Below, in pieces: positions 25,009 through 35,164 of a stretch of DNA of 64,000 bases. The stretch lies in the NCBI RefSeq assembly GCF_024700885.2, contig NZ_CP117016.1. The stretch is one strand, 5' to 3'. The notes under the pieces were generated by a model. It was not told where the DNA came from and searched no databases. It saw only the letters and a program-made list of their open reading frames with translations. Source of the DNA: Escherichia coli. Its GTDB lineage: Bacteria; Pseudomonadota; Gammaproteobacteria; Enterobacterales; Enterobacteriaceae. Positions within the stretch are counted from its first letter, which is position 1; each line of letters opens with the position of its first letter. The position numbers and the translations under genes are program-made.

Positions 25009-26511
25009 ATGAATATTAACCAACACCAGGAAATCCTCCGCACCGAAGGATTAAGTAAATTTTTCCCCGGCGTCAAAGCGTTAGATAACGTTAATTTCAG
25101 CCTGCGCTGTGGCGAAATCATGGCGCTGCTCGGTGAAAACGGAGCGGGAAAATCAACGCTAATCAAAGCATTAACCGGTGTCTACCACGCCGATCGTGGC
25201 ACCATCTGGCTGGAAGGCCAGACTATCTCACCGAAAAATACCGCCCATGCACAACAACTCGGCATCGGCACCGTCTATCAGGAAGTCAACCTGCTACCCA
25301 ATATGTCGGTCGCTGATAATCTCTTCATAGGTCGCGAACCCAAACGTTTCGGCCTTCTACGACGTAAAGAGATGGAAAAGCGCGCCACCGAACTGATGGC
25401 ATCTTACGGTTTCTCCCTCGACGTGCGCGAACCGCTCAACCGCTTTTCAGTCGCGATGCAGCAAATCGTCGCCATTTGCCGGGCCATCGATCTCTCCGCC
25501 AAAGTGCTGATCCTCGATGAACCCACCGCCAGCCTCGACACTCAGGAAGTAGAGTTACTGTTTGGCCTGATGCGTCAGTTGCGCGATCGCGGCGTCAGCC
25601 TGATCTTCGTTACTCACTTTCTCGATCAGGTCTATCAGGTCAGCGATCGGATCACCGTCTTACGCAACGGCAGTTTCGTAGGCTGTCGGGAAACCCGCGA
25701 GCTACCGCAGATCGAACTGGTAAAAATGATGCTGGGGCGCGAGCTGGACACCCACGCGCTACAGCGTGCCGGACGAACATTGCTGAGCGACAAACCCGTT
25801 GCCGCATTCAAAAATTACGGCAAAAAAGGAACGATCGCACCGTTTGATCTCGAAGTACGCCCCGGCGAGATCGTTGGCCTGGCAGGCTTGCTGGGATCCG
25901 GACGTACCGAAACTGCCGAAGTGATCTTCGGTATCAAACCTGCTGATAGCGGCACGGCGTTGATCAAAGGCAAAGCGCAAACGCTACGCTCGCCACATCA
26001 GGCTTCGGTTCTTGGCATTGGCTTCTGCCCGGAAGACAGGAAAACCGATGGCATTATCGCCGCCGCCTCGGTGCGGGAAAATATCATCCTCGCTCTCCAG
26101 GCCCAGCGCGGCTGGCTGCGACCAATTTCCCGCAAAGAGCAGCAAGAGATTGCCGAACGCTTTATCCGCCAGCTTGGCATTCGCACACCTTCCACCGAAC
26201 AACCGATTGAATTTCTCTCCGGCGGCAATCAGCAAAAAGTGTTGCTTTCACGTTGGCTACTGACCCGACCGCAATTTCTGATCCTCGACGAGCCAACGCG
26301 CGGAATTGATGTTGGTGCCCACGCCGAGATCATCCGCCTGATTGAAACGCTGTGCGCCGATGGACTGGCGCTGCTGGTGATCTCCTCCGAGCTGGAAGAG
26401 CTGGTGGGCTATGCCGACCGGGTGATTATCATGCGCGATCGCAAACAGGTAGCGGAGATCCCGCTGGCAGAGCTTTCCGTTCCGGCGATCATGAACGCCA
26501 TTGCGGCGTAA
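25009..26511 (+). CDS. ytfR: ABC transporter ATP-binding protein YtfR (duplicated ABC domains)
   Basis: Start moved to MNINQHQEIL... (about 500 aa); Walker A GENGAGKST present. Confidence 0.9.
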   Translation: MNINQHQEILRTEGLSKFFPGVKALDNVNFSLRCGEIMALLGENGAGKSTLIKALTGVYHADRGTIWLEGQTISPKNTAHAQQLGIGTVYQEVNLLPNMSVADNLFIGREPKRFGLLRRKEMEKRATELMASYGFSLDVREPLNRFSVAMQQIVAICRAIDLSAKVLILDEPTASLDTQEVELLFGLMRQLRDRGVSLIFVTHFLDQVYQVSDRITVLRNGSFVGCRETRELPQIELVKMMLGRELDTHALQRAGRTLLSDKPVAAFKNYGKKGTIAPFDLEVRPGEIVGLAGLLGSGRTETAEVIFGIKPADSGTALIKGKAQTLRSPHQASVLGIGFCPEDRKTDGIIAAASVRENIILALQAQRGWLRPISRKEQQEIAERFIRQLGIRTPSTEQPIEFLSGGNQQKVLLSRWLLTRPQFLILDEPTRGIDVGAHAEIIRLIETLCADGLALLVISSELEELVGYADRVIIMRDRKQVAEIPLAELSVPAIMNAIAA

Positions 26512-26521
26512 GGAGAACAGT

Positions 26522-27547
26522 GTGATGCCTCAATCTCTCCCGGACACTACGCCGCCGAAAAGGCGCTTTCGCTGGCCAACAGGAATGCCGCAGCTGGTAG
26601 CACTATTGCTGGTGCTGCTGGTCGATAGCCTGGTGGCCCCGCATTTCTGGCAGGTGGTGCTTCAGGATGGGCGTTTGTTCGGTAGCCCTATCGACATTCT
26701 TAACCGTGCGGCCCCCGTTGCGCTACTGGCGATTGGCATGACGCTGGTTATCGCCACTGGTGGGATTGATCTCTCCGTAGGGGCGGTGATGGCTATCGCC
26801 GGAGCCACAACGGCTGCGATGACGGTCGCGGGATTCAGCCTGCCGATTGTTTTGTTAAGCGCCCTGGGCACTGGCATCCTGGCGGGATTGTGGAACGGCA
26901 TACTGGTAGCGATCCTCAAAATTCAGCCGTTTGTTGCCACCCTGATCCTGATGGTCGCCGGGCGCGGCGTGGCGCAACTGATCACCTCCGGACAGATCGT
27001 CACGTTTAACTCGCCGGATCTCTCATGGTTTGGCAGCGGATCGCTGGTGTTCCTGCCAACACCAGTCATTATTGCGGTACTGACGCTTCTCCTGTTCTGG
27101 CTGTTGACCCGCAAAACGGCACTGGGGATGTTTATCGAAGCCGTTGGTATCAACATTCGGGCGGCAAAAAATGCCGGAGTCAACACACGAATCATCGTCA
27201 TGCTTACCTACGTGTTGAGCGGGCTGTGTGCGGCGATTGCGGGCATTATCGTGGCGGCGGATATTCGCGGTGCCGATGCCAACAACGCCGGATTATGGCT
27301 GGAGCTGGACGCCATTCTTGCGGTGGTGATTGGCGGCGGATCGCTGATGGGCGGGCGTTTTAACCTGCTGCTCTCAGTGGTAGGGGCGCTGATTATTCAG
27401 GGGATGAACACCGGAATTTTGCTTTCGGGCTTTCCGCCAGAGATGAACCAGGTGGTGAAAGCGGTAGTGGTGCTTTGCGTGCTGATTGTTCAGTCGCAAC
27501 GCTTTATCAGTCTGATTAAAGGAGTGCGTAGCCGTGATAAAACGTAA
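26522..27547 (+). CDS. ytfT: ABC transporter permease YtfT
   Basis: Probable GTG start giving about 341 aa. Confidence 0.85.
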   Translation: MMPQSLPDTTPPKRRFRWPTGMPQLVALLLVLLVDSLVAPHFWQVVLQDGRLFGSPIDILNRAAPVALLAIGMTLVIATGGIDLSVGAVMAIAGATTAAMTVAGFSLPIVLLSALGTGILAGLWNGILVAILKIQPFVATLILMVAGRGVAQLITSGQIVTFNSPDLSWFGSGSLVFLPTPVIIAVLTLLLFWLLTRKTALGMFIEAVGINIRAAKNAGVNTRIIVMLTYVLSGLCAAIAGIIVAADIRGADANNAGLWLELDAILAVVIGGGSLMGGRFNLLLSVVGALIIQGMNTGILLSGFPPEMNQVVKAVVVLCVLIVQSQRFISLIKGVRSRDKT

Positions 27548-28529
27548 CCTACCGCTTATGATCACCATCGGCGTCTTTGTGCTGGGTTATCTCTACTGTC
27601 TGACGCAGTTTCCCGGTTTTGCTTCCACAAGAGTGATCTGCAATATCCTGACCGATAACGCTTTTCTGGGGATCATCGCCGTTGGCATGACCTTTGTGAT
27701 CCTCTCCGGTGGGATCGATCTCTCCGTCGGTTCGGTGATCGCCTTTACCGGCGTGTTTCTGGCAAAAGTGATTGGCGATTTCGGCCTCTCGCCGCTGCTG
27801 GCGTTTCCACTGGTGCTGGTGATGGGCTGTGCCTTTGGCGCATTTATGGGGCTTTTGATCGACGCCCTGAAGATCCCGGCGTTTATCATTACTCTGGCAG
27901 GAATGTTCTTTTTGCGTGGCGTCAGCTATCTCGTTTCGGAAGAGTCGATCCCGATAAATCATCCTGTTTATGACACGCTCTCAAGCCTTGCATGGAAAAT
28001 CCCTGGCGGCGGTCGCTTAAGTGCGATGGGGCTGCTGATGTTGGCGGTGGTGGTTATCGGCATATTCCTCGCGCATCGTACCCGTTTTGGTAATCAGGTA
28101 TACGCCATTGGCGGCAACGCAACGTCGGCGAACCTGATGGGGATTTCCACTCGCAGCACCACTATTCGCATTTATATGCTTTCCACCGGACTGGCAACGC
28201 TGGCGGGGATTGTCTTCTCGATTTATACCCAGGCCGGATATGCGCTGGCGGGCGTAGGTGTGGAACTGGACGCCATCGCGTCGGTGGTGATTGGCGGTAC
28301 GTTGTTAAGTGGTGGGGTAGGAACGGTGCTGGGAACGCTATTTGGTGTGGCGATTCAGGGACTGATTCAGACATATATCAACTTTGACGGTACGCTGAGT
28401 TCCTGGTGGACGAAAATCGCCATCGGCATTTTGTTGTTTATTTTTATAGCATTACAGCGTGGATTAACAGTGCTGTGGGAGAATCGTCAGAGTTCGCCAG
28501 TGACAAGAGTCAACATTGCGCAGCGATAA
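27534..28529 (+). CDS. yjfF: ABC transporter permease YjfF
   Basis: 331-aa membrane ORF, GTG start overlapping the ytfT 3' end. Confidence 0.9.
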   Translation: MIKRNLPLMITIGVFVLGYLYCLTQFPGFASTRVICNILTDNAFLGIIAVGMTFVILSGGIDLSVGSVIAFTGVFLAKVIGDFGLSPLLAFPLVLVMGCAFGAFMGLLIDALKIPAFIITLAGMFFLRGVSYLVSEESIPINHPVYDTLSSLAWKIPGGGRLSAMGLLMLAVVVIGIFLAHRTRFGNQVYAIGGNATSANLMGISTRSTTIRIYMLSTGLATLAGIVFSIYTQAGYALAGVGVELDAIASVVIGGTLLSGGVGTVLGTLFGVAIQGLIQTYINFDGTLSSWWTKIAIGILLFIFIALQRGLTVLWENRQSSPVTRVNIAQR

Positions 28530-28561
28530 AAACGCCTCTCCGTGTGGAGAGGCGCAGGGGA

Positions 28562-29560
28562 TTACGCGTCCGGGAACTCACGGATAAAGCGTTCGACATC
28601 TTCAACCATATGGTCGTTGCCGACAAAGAACGAACGGCGCTGGTGCAGGGTTTCCGGGATGATATCCAGAATACGCTCTTTGCCATCGCTCGCTTTACCG
28701 CCCGCTTGTTCCGCCAGGAATGCCATCGGGTTGCACTCATACAGTAAACGCAGTTTACCGTCCGGGTGGCTGGCGGTGCTTGGGTAGAGATAAATCCCAC
28801 CTTTCAGCAGGTTACGGTGGAAATCCGCAACCAGTGAGCCGATATAACGCGAGGTATACGGGCGATTGGTGGACTTATCTTCTTCCTGGCAGAATTTAAT
28901 GTATTTCTTCACCCCGTTCGGAAACTTAATGTAGTTTCCTTCGTTGATGGAGTAGGTTTTGCCTTTCTCCGGGAAGCGCATCCGTTCCTGGCACAGGCAG
29001 AAAACGCCGAGTGAAGGATCGTAAGTAAAGGCGTGAACACCGCATCCGGTGGTGTAAACCAGCATGGTAGAGGAGCCGTATACCACGTAACCTGCCGCAA
29101 CCTGTTTGTTACCAGGCTGGAGGAAATCTTCTTCCGTTACCGGCGTGCCAACAGGCGTAACGCGGCGGTAGATGGAGAAAATGGTACCGACAGAGACGTT
29201 AACATCGATGTTGGACGAGCCATCCAGGGGGTCCATCAGCACCACGTATTTTGCGTGTTCACAGCCTTCAAAGACGACAATCTCATCTTCTTCTTCAGAG
29301 GCAATGCCTGCAACGATATCGCGTGCTTTCAGTGCGGCTTTCAGTTTTTCATTAGCGAACAAGTCGAGTTTCTGCTGAACCTCGCCCTGCACGTTCTCAG
29401 CACCGCTGGCACCCAGGATATCAACCAGTCCTGCTTTGTTGATATCGCGATGGATAATCTTGGCGCCCAGTTTTATTGCCGACAGCAAAGCAGTGAGCTC
29501 ACCGGTAGCATGAGAAAACTCGTGCTGCTTTTCGACAATAAATTCACCTAACGTTTTCAT
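28562..29560 (-). CDS. fbp: Fructose-1,6-bisphosphatase class 1
   Basis: Start moved to [12 protein letters not shown]... for the expected 332 aa; the track ORF extends 61 codons upstream into the mpl start and is rejected. Confidence 0.95.
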
Positions 29561-29735
29561 AAAACTTTCCCTGCAATGTTTATGGAGTAAAGCGACCGCA
29601 ACAATCTTAACAAATAATCTCAATGTTGCGCTCAGGTGAATCGCGCCAGCAAATTGCGGATTATCCTGAAATGCGTTTCTCACTTGCCCGACATATGCGT
29701 AAAATGAGCGGCAGATTAAAAAAGGATAGTGACGT

Positions 29736-31109
29736 ATGCGCATTCATATTTTAGGAATTTGTGGCACGTTTATGGGCGGTCTGGCGATGCTGGCGCGCCA
29801 GTTAGGCCATGAAGTAACGGGTTCGGACGCCAATGTGTATCCGCCGATGAGCACCTTACTTGAGAAGCAAGGCATTGAACTGATTCAGGGTTACGATGCC
29901 AGCCAGCTCGACCCGCAGCCGGATCTGGTGATTATTGGCAACGCCATGACCCGTGGAAATCCGTGTGTGGAAGCGGTACTGGAAAAAAACATCCCTTATA
30001 TGTCAGGTCCGCAGTGGCTGCACGATTTTGTGCTGCGTGACCGTTGGGTGCTGGCCGTCGCCGGTACACACGGTAAAACGACTACAGCGGGAATGGCGAC
30101 CTGGATTCTGGAACAGTGCGGTTACAAACCAGGATTTGTGATCGGCGGTGTGCCGGGGAACTTTGAGGTCTCGGCGCGTCTGGGCGAAAGCGACTTCTTT
30201 GTTATCGAAGCGGATGAGTACGACTGCGCCTTCTTCGACAAACGCTCTAAATTTGTCCATTACTGCCCGCGTACGCTGATCCTCAACAACCTTGAGTTCG
30301 ATCACGCCGATATCTTTGACGACCTGAAAGCGATCCAGAAACAGTTCCACCATCTGGTGCGTATCGTTCCGGGGCAGGGCCGTATTATCTGGCCGGAAAA
30401 CGACATCAACCTGAAACAGACCATGGCGATGGGCTGTTGGAGCGAGCAGGAGCTGGTGGGCGAGCAAGGTCACTGGCAGGCGAAAAAGCTGACCACTGAC
30501 GCTTCTGAATGGGAAGTCTTGCTGGATGGCGAAAAAGTGGGTGAAGTGAAATGGTCGCTGGTAGGCGAACATAATATGCACAATGGCCTGATGGCGATTG
30601 CGGCGGCTCGCCATGTTGGTGTAGCGCCGGCAGATGCCGCTAACGCGCTGGGTTCGTTTATTAATGCTCGTCGCCGTCTGGAGTTGCGTGGTGAAGCGAA
30701 TGGCGTCACGGTATATGACGATTTTGCCCATCACCCGACGGCGATTCTGGCAACGCTGGCGGCGCTGCGTGGCAAAGTTGGTGGTACGGCGCGCATTATT
30801 GCTGTGCTGGAACCGCGCTCGAATACCATGAAAATGGGGATCTGCAAAGACGATCTGGCACCTTCATTAGGTCGTGCCGATGAAGTCTTCCTGCTGCAAC
30901 CGGCGCATATTCCGTGGCAGGTGGCAGAAGTGGCAGAAGCCTGCGTTCAGCCTGCACACTGGAGCGGCGATGTGGATACGCTGGCAGATATGGTGGTGAA
31001 AACCGCTCAGCCTGGCGACCATATTCTGGTGATGAGCAATGGCGGTTTTGGTGGGATCCATCAGAAACTGCTGGATGGACTGGCGAAGAAAGCGGAAGCC
31101 GCGCAGTAA
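29736..31109 (+). CDS. mpl: UDP-N-acetylmuramate:L-alanyl-gamma-D-glutamyl-meso-diaminopimelate ligase (murein peptide ligase)
   Basis: 457-aa ORF, Mur ligase family. Confidence 0.95.
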
Positions 31110-31133
31110 TTCTGAAGCCTTGCATGTGTGTGT

Positions 31134-31245
31134 ATGCCGGATAAAGCGTTTACGCCGCATCCGGCATTTGAGCATAGTGCCTGATGCGACGCTTGATGCG
31201 TCTTATCAGGCCTACAGGTGCACCGTATCCGGCAAACCATACTCA
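31134..31245. repeat. REP/BIME palindromic repeat cluster
   Basis: Several GCCGGATAAAGCGTTTACGCCGCATCCGGCA and GCCTGATGCGACGC units between mpl and yjgA. Confidence 0.5.
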
Positions 31246-31260
31246 CATCAACAACGAAAA

Positions 31261-31812
31261 TTACCCTTCGTTCTCCGCTAACTCGCGCAGATACTGGAAA
31301 ATCTGGCGTGCGGATTTCGGCGGCTTATTCCCTTCTTTCTCTTTCTTCGCGTTGCGGATCAGAGTTCGCAGTTGCTGACGATCGGCATCGGGCCACAGAT
31401 TTAATACTTCAGCGATGGCGTCATCACCCTGGTCGATCAGACGATCGCGCAGGTTTTCCAGTTTATGGAACAGTACCACCTGCTGGTTGTGACGGTTTTT
31501 CAGCTTATCCAGCGCCTGACGGATCGGTTCAACATCGCGCTGGCGCAGCATCTTACCGATGAGCTGCAACTGGCGGCGGCGACCTTCCATCTTAATACGC
31601 TGGGCGAGCTCAATAGCCGCGCGCAGATCCGCATCTAACGGGATCTTATCCAGCGCGTTTTTCCCCAGATCAACAATTTCCGCGCCAAGGCGTTTTAGCT
31701 CTTCGGCATCGCGTTTAATTTCACTTTTACTGACCCAGATAATTTCATCGCCTTCGTCTTCGATGTCATCACCGGGAACGTCGTCGAGCCAGTCTTCGGG
31801 CTGCTTAGTCAT
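31261..31812 (-). CDS. yjgA: Ribosome-associated protein YjgA (DUF615)
   Basis: 183-aa ORF recognised as YjgA. Confidence 0.9.
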   Translation of the reverse strand: MTKQPEDWLDDVPGDDIEDEGDEIIWVSKSEIKRDAEELKRLGAEIVDLGKNALDKIPLDADLRAAIELAQRIKMEGRRRQLQLIGKMLRQRDVEPIRQALDKLKNRHNQQVVLFHKLENLRDRLIDQGDDAIAEVLNLWPDADRQQLRTLIRNAKKEKEGNKPPKSARQIFQYLRELAENEG

Positions 31813-31905
31813 CTCAGGCTCCTTAAAAAAAGAGGCTAATGTTACCAGTTAAGATGCGCACTGAAAAACGGTTCTCTGTTAGACTTCAGAGAAACTCTCT
31901 ACATT

Positions 31906-33258
31906 ATGGCACTTGCAATGAAAGTAATCTCTCAAGTTGAAGCGCAGCGCAAGATTCTGGAAGAAGCAGTTTCCACTGCGCTGGAGTTGGCCTCAGGCAA
32001 ATCGGACGGTGCGGAAGTTGCCGTCAGCAAGACCACCGGCATTAGCGTAAGCACGCGTTATGGTGAAGTGGAGAATGTTGAATTCAATAGCGATGGCGCG
32101 TTGGGGATCACTGTTTATCACCAGAACCGCAAAGGTAGCGCATCGTCTACCGATTTAAGCCCGCAGGCCATTGCCCGCACCGTACAGGCGGCACTGGATA
32201 TTGCCCGTTATACCTCGCCAGATCCCTGTGCCGGCGTGGCAGACAAAGAGCTGCTGGCCTTTGACGCACCGGATCTCGACTTGTTCCACCCTGCGGAAGT
32301 TTCCCCGGATGAAGCCATTGAACTGGCGGCCCGCGCAGAACAGGCGGCATTGCAGGCGGACAAACGCATCACCAATACCGAAGGCGGCAGCTTTAACAGC
32401 CACTACGGTGTCAAAGTTTTCGGCAACAGCCACGGCATGTTGCAGGGTTACTGCTCTACGCGTCATTCGCTCTCCAGCTGTGTAATTGCTGAAGAAAATG
32501 GCGATATGGAGCGTGATTACGCCTACACCATTGGTCGTGCGATGAGCGATCTGCAAACGCCAGAGTGGGTTGGGGCCGACTGTGCTCGCCGTACTTTATC
32601 GCGCCTGTCACCGCGTAAACTCTCCACCATGAAAGCGCCGGTCATTTTTGCCAATGAAGTGGCAACCGGGCTTTTTGGGCATCTGGTGGGGGCGATAGCG
32701 GGTGGATCGGTTTACCGTAAATCTACCTTCCTGCTGGATTCGCTGGGTAAACAAATTCTGCCGGACTGGCTGACCATTGAAGAGCATCCGCATCTGCTGA
32801 AAGGGCTGGCCTCTACGCCATTCGACAGCGAAGGTGTGCGCACCGAGCGTCGCGATATTATTAAAGATGGCATTCTGACTCAGTGGCTGCTGACCAGCTA
32901 CTCGGCGCGGAAACTGGGGCTGAAAAGCACTGGACACGCAGGCGGTATTCACAACTGGCGGATTGCCGGACAAGGGCTAAGCTTCGAACAAATGCTCAAA
33001 GAGATGGGTACCGGGCTGGTGGTGACGGAGCTGATGGGCCAGGGCGTGAGTGCCATTACCGGTGATTATTCCCGTGGTGCAGCGGGCTTCTGGGTAGAGA
33101 ATGGCGAAATTCAGTATCCTGTTAGTGAAATCACCATCGCAGGTAATTTGAAAGATATGTGGCGCAATATTGTCACCGTCGGTAACGATATTGAAACACG
33201 CAGTAATATACAGTGTGGTTCTGTGCTGTTGCCGGAGATGAAAATCGCCGGGCAGTAA
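31906..33258 (+). CDS. pmbA: Metalloprotease PmbA (TldE)
   Basis: 450-aa ORF recognised as PmbA. Confidence 0.95.
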
Positions 33259-33438
33259 AAAAACTGGCGCGACCTGCCGCGCTATAAACTAAAAAATTAC
33301 ACAAAATCATTCGCACTGCATCGAGACGGAAAGTGAATGAGGGCCGGGGAGCGTACTCGCAGTACGTGACTCGGGCGAATGAGCGTAGCCGTCGATGAGG
33401 CAGTGTGAAGGATGAAGTGTAAATAAAAAAGGAAGTGA

Positions 33439-33828
<390 letters not shown>

Positions 33829-33961
33829 TTCCTTATTGGGCGGTGAAACGTTACCGCCCAACGCTTTCTTCTCCCTTCGTAAAATCACCGCAATATCTAT
33901 CTTCACCACGGCATATTCCTGCGTGTCGTCCTCATTTTTGCGAGGCGTTTTCCAGAAATGA

Positions 33962-33996
33962 ATGTAATGCATATGTAATGCTATAATGCATTACAC
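33962..33996. promoter_or_regulatory. Candidate operator/promoter of the relBE-like pair: repeated TGTAATGC motifs and palindrome TAATGCATTA overlapping a TATAAT -10 box
   Basis: Repeat motifs read directly from sequence 25-60 bp upstream of the antitoxin start. Confidence 0.4.
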
Positions 33997-34019
33997 TTTT
34001 CATAATTACCGGAGGCATA

Positions 34020-34262
34020 ATGGCCACACTTAACGTCCGCCTGGATGACAAACTGAAAAATGAGGCTTATGCGGTGCTGGAAAAATTAAATATCACGCCT
34101 ACTGAAGCAGTGCGACTGCTGTTTCAGTACGTTGCGGAAAATGGACGAATGCCGGTAAAAACGCTCACTGTCAGTGATAGTGAAGAAGCCTTGTTACGCA
34201 CTGTCAGGGAACGACTGGCCAACCCACAAGAGGCCATTAAGGTCCGACTGGATGAACTATGA
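34020..34262 (+). CDS. RelB/DinJ-family antitoxin (relB paralog)
   Basis: 80-aa ORF resembling E. coli RelB as I remember it; RBS GGAGG upstream. Confidence 0.8.
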   Translation: MATLNVRLDDKLKNEAYAVLEKLNITPTEAVRLLFQYVAENGRMPVKTLTVSDSEEALLRTVRERLANPQEAIKVRLDEL

Positions 34263-34542
34263 GCTGGCGTTTGATCCGCGGGCGCTGAAAGAGTGGCAAA
34301 AACTGGGCGTGACAGTCCGGGAACAATTTAAAAAAAAGCTTGAGGATGTGCTGAAAAGGCCGCGCAATCCATCGGCTAAACTGCGGGATTTACCGGACTG
34401 CTACAAAATTAAGCTGCGCACACAGGGATATCGCCTGGTTTATCAGGTTAACGATAAAGAGTTGCTCGTGTTGGTGATAGCTATTGGTAAGAGAGAGAAC
34501 TCAGCCGTTTATGAAGACGCGACTAAACGGCTGGATGAGTGA
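34252..34542 (+). CDS. RelE/ParE-family mRNA interferase toxin (relE paralog)
   Basis: 96-aa ORF starting at MNYELAFDPRALKEW..., overlapping the antitoxin by 11 nt; strongly RelE-like (PDCYKIKLR, GYRLVYQV motifs). Confidence 0.85.
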   Translation: MNYELAFDPRALKEWQKLGVTVREQFKKKLEDVLKRPRNPSAKLRDLPDCYKIKLRTQGYRLVYQVNDKELLVLVIAIGKRENSAVYEDATKRLDE

Positions 34543-35007
34543 CTAACGCAAATGATGCACCACCTGATTGCTGCTGCCGCGCCAGATCAGGGAAGGGTCT
34601 TTTAAATCCTGCACAAATTTGCCGTCGACCAGTACGTTAATCAAATCAACAACCTGCATTTGCGCAGCGTTGAGTTCGTCGAGTTTATAGCCTGTCCACA
34701 CCCAAATGTCTTTACCCGGACATTCGGCGCGGATTCGTTGTACCAGTTTCAGAATATCCGGCACGTTTTGCGGATGCAGCGGATCGCCGCCGGAGAGGGA
34801 AATACCCTGGCGTTTGATGCGAGTGTCATTCAGATCGTTAATGATCTGGTCTTCCATTGCTTTGGTAAATGGCTGACCGGAATTTACCCGCCAGGTGCTT
34901 TTGTTATAGCAACCGGGGCATTCATGAACACACCCGGAGACAAACAGGGTGCAGCGAGTGCCGGGGCCGTTGACGATGTCGACAGGATAGTACTGATGAT
35001 AATTCAT
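34543..35007 (-). CDS. nrdG: Anaerobic ribonucleoside-triphosphate reductase activating protein
   Basis: 154-aa radical-SAM activase ORF (CxxxCxxC region). Confidence 0.95.
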   Translation of the reverse strand: MNYHQYYPVDIVNGPGTRCTLFVSGCVHECPGCYNKSTWRVNSGQPFTKAMEDQIINDLNDTRIKRQGISLSGGDPLHPQNVPDILKLVQRIRAECPGKDIWVWTGYKLDELNAAQMQVVDLINVLVDGKFVQDLKDPSLIWRGSSNQVVHHLR

Positions 35008-35039
35008 TATTTCGCCTGGCTTATCAGTCCGCGTGTAGG

Positions 35040-35150
<111 letters not shown>

Positions 35151-35164
35151 GCGCAGAGTGAAGA

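Noticed and set aside
29561-29743. 61-codon upstream extension of fbp
   Set aside because: The extension overlaps the mpl start and promoter; Fbp identity begins at MKTLGEF (29560).
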